Shown: one piece after another, positions 61,318 to 64,000 of the stretch
How positions within the stretch are numbered: position 1 is the first letter of the stretch
How the letters are laid out: each line of letters opens with the position of its first letter
Assembly (NCBI RefSeq): GCF_000143415.4
Contig: NW_003314274.1
Location: 438,806 to 502,805 of the forward strand
Source: Selaginella moellendorffii
Taxonomy: Eukaryota; Plantae; Lycopodiophyta
Direction: 5' to 3'
DNA: 64,000 bases
The notes under the pieces: generated by a model
Told to the model about the DNA's origin: nothing
The model's database searches: none
What the model saw: only the letters and a program-made list of their open reading frames with translations
Position numbers and translations under genes: made by a program

Positions 61318-63680
61318 TCAGTTCTTCTTTTTGCCACCTCGTTCCCTGAGGAGTAAGGTAAGGCTCTCGCCAGGTGCAATGTTGTAGAAGGCAAGAGACT
61401 GCGTATCTCGCAAGAACCCAATGCGTCCGCTCAGCTTCTGCTTGTTGGCCGGTAGACCGATCTCTGCAGCAATCTTCTCCTTGAGGCTAGCAATCGTCTC
61501 CGACACCGACGGCATTGTCAGTTGCAGCACCTGGCCCTTGAGACTGCCTTCACCTTCGACTGTAGGTACAGCCACCGAGACAGGAATTGGTCCCTGGCAG
61601 GAAAACAAGAGTTAGACAGGAAGGAAGAAGCAGAGAGTAAACGCACCGGGTACTGGAAGGCAAACTGGTGCTCTGGGATGAGAAGCGAATCTTCCAGCCT
61701 CAGTCTCTTGGGCTCGGGCTCCTCCGGAGGTGGCGGCATCAACATGTCATCGTCGGGTAGCGGAGGCATCGCTTGATAAGCTGGTGGAGGCGGCTGCATT
61801 TGCATAAGTGGTGGTGGAGGCATCCCAGGAACAAACTGATAGTGAGGCATTGCCATCGTCGGTAGCGTCATGGGTCTGTTTCCAAGCTGAGGGACCGCAG
61901 GCATGGGAGTTGGAAAGAGAGGCTGCCTCGGAGGAACAGGAGGAGCCTGGATAGTCGCCTGTACCCGAGGGATGTTAACAGCAAGTCCAGCAGGTGGTGG
62001 AAGTGGCTTCAAAGGTGGCGTTGGTTTGGCCGCTCCGGTAGCTGCGTCCCACTCCTCAGCGTTTTGAGCAAGCGCCTGGTTGGCTGTCCTGCTGATGCTC
62101 CCACTGTGGCCGTCCCAGATCACCTGCTTCGGCTCCTCCTTCTTCTTCTCGATCTCGGCCTTGACGGCATTGGAGACTTCCTCCTCGGTGGTGCCGAAGA
62201 TGTCGGGCCTCAGCCGAGCCAGCCCCATGAGGTTCCGCGAGATCTCGTCGTCGGTAGCGAGCGTGCTCTCCCGCAGCTTGGCCATCATCCGCTCCTTCTG
62301 CTCCTTGAACTTGGGGTCGATGAGCGAGATCCGCATGTGTTCCGCCATCTCGCTGATGGGGATCACCTCCGAAGTTATGGGAGAGATGACCATCCTGGTG
62401 GGGTCCTTCTCGGTCGCCATCCTCTCCTCCGGCCTCTTCCAGTTCCTCACGATCCTCATCGGCGGCTCGTCCTCGTCCACCGGGACAATCACCTGGACAA
62501 CCTCCTTGGCGTTGGCGGCCTCCTGCTGCCGGGCTGCGGCCTTGCGACTTTCCTCCACCAGGTGCATCTCCTCCTCGTCCATCTCCATCTCCACCTCCTT
62601 GACCGCCCCCGCCCCCGTCTCCGCCGCCACCTCCTCGTCCGTCAGCGCCTTGCTCCTGCGGATCACCTCCTCCTGCGTCACCGGCGCCGGCAACGCGTCG
62701 TCCTCCTCCTCCACGAAGTGGATCGTCTCCACCACCACGAAGTCGTGCCAGTCGATGCTGCTCATCATCATCCGCTCCTGCTCCTCCTCGTCCTCGGCCT
62801 TCTGCCGCGCCTTCTCCTGCGATCTCTCCCACTCGAGCCGGTGGAGGCAGCGCTCCAGGATGGACATCTTGTCCGACAGGTCGCGCTTGAGCTTGTCCAG
62901 GAGGCCCTTGGGCGGCAGCAGCACCTTGGAGTAGGAGTCCGTGAGGCCCGTGAAGGTGGTGAAGAGGCTGTGCTGCGGCTTGAGGAAGCTGAACTGGACG
63001 CTGTTGTGCTCCCGGCTCGTCAGCCCGGTAAGAAACGCCTTGCCATTCCTTGCCACGAACTGAGCCGTGAGTTTGATGATGTCCAGGTCCTGGCCCGTCA
63101 GCCCCTCGGGGAGCTTGAGGAGGAACTGCTCGGCCTCCGGCGGCTCCACCACCTTGGACGGCTGTATGAACTGCGAGATATCGAACTTCTGGGCCGCGGC
63201 AGCGGCGGCGGTGGCGGTGGCGGTGGCGGCGGCGGTGGCAGTGGCGGAGAGCGGTGGCTTGGATGGATCGGTGGCGGAAGAGGGCGGCGGCGGCGGAGGG
63301 GGGCCGTTGCCGCTCTTCTCCTCCGAGATCCGGTGCTGGTAGTAGGCGTGGTATGGGTCGGAGGAGTTGAGGAAGTTGAACTTGACGTTCTTCTGCTCGT
63401 TGGTCATGATCTTGCGCTCGAAATCCAGGCCATTCTTGGCGACGAAGTGGGCGGTCTTGTCGATGATGCTCCTGATGTCCGGGGGGGGATGGATCATACC
63501 TATGTTGCGGGTCTGCGAGGCCACTGTGGCGGGCTTGGCGCCGGTGATAACATCCGCCGCCGCCGCCGCATCCTCCATCTCCGTGTCCTCCGCCTTGACG
63601 AGCTGCGCGGGCGGGAGGGGGCCATCGATGTCGCCGGGCTTGGGCGCCGGAAGGGCGAGCACTTCGCCAATCCCCGGCAT
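61318..63680 (-). CDS. SF3A1: Splicing factor 3A subunit 1 (two SURP domains, PRP21, C-terminal ubiquitin-like)
   Basis: IIDKTAHFVAKNG, IIKLTAQFVARNG, IDWHDFVVVETI, EHMRISLIDP, LRERGGKK; one intron near 61600. Confidence 0.96.
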
Positions 63681-63771
63681 ACCTGCTTGGAAGAACCCTA
63701 ATCTGGGGCTTCGAGTGTTTAAAATGGTTAACGCTAAACGAAAGGAGTTTATAGGAGACGTTAAGAACTAA

Positions 63772-63846
63772 GACGTGTCGGCTTAGATGGTTAGAGCATA
63801 AGGCTGGCAAGGACGAGGTCGCGTATTCGAAACCTTGCATGCGTCG
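63772..63846 (+). ncRNA. tRNA-like element / tRNA pseudogene (probably tRNA-Ile derived)
   Basis: Acceptor stem GACGTGT/ATGCGTC, D arm GCTT-AGATGGTTA-GAGC, AGGTC variable loop, TTCGAAA T loop; anticodon stem unpaired. Confidence 0.65.
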
Positions 63847-64000
63847 GAAATCGACTACTCTGACATGATTTTCCAGCGTACTCGTACCCACTCTTCAGAA
63901 GAAAGTTTGGGGATATGACCAATCACTACAACGAGGAGCACTCTACAGTGCCCCTTTTGCAGCATGGGAAACAAGTAAGCCTAGATTTCTATGGAAATCG

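Noticed and set aside
62056-63891. Long alternative-frame and antisense ORFs over SF3A1 (also over PUX11, TIC20 and the F-box gene)
   Set aside because: Shadow ORFs caused by high GC3 in the real coding frame.

Overview
Eukaryotic land-plant nuclear DNA. The very short (about 45-80 bp) GT-AG introns and high gene density suggest a lycophyte such as Selaginella; this is inference. Positions 1-19.9 kb are a nest of Ty3/gypsy LTR retrotransposons. A chromodomain-bearing element (TSD GCCAC) sits in the RT of another, heavily rearranged gypsy element. A second copy of the same family is inserted antisense into its LTR, creating a ~7-kb-arm inverted repeat whose centre is flipped. Both chromovirus copies carry two small, host-like spliceosomal introns (46 and 52 bp) that precisely interrupt conserved integrase motifs; this is the most unusual feature. 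21-34.6 kb holds a lipase, a Sec14/SFH gene, an MLKL-like non-RD kinase, a bZIP and a patellin. 34.7-45.2 kb is an AT-rich TE graveyard with nested solo LTRs, a TRIM-like unit, a scrambled gag patch and a decayed pol. 45.3-64 kb holds an F-box/LRR gene, a CsgA-like SDR, HRD1, PUX11, a membrane protein, TIC20, a FAM172A/Arb2-like gene, SF3A1 and a tRNA-like element. Exon boundaries were read by eye and no database searches were run.
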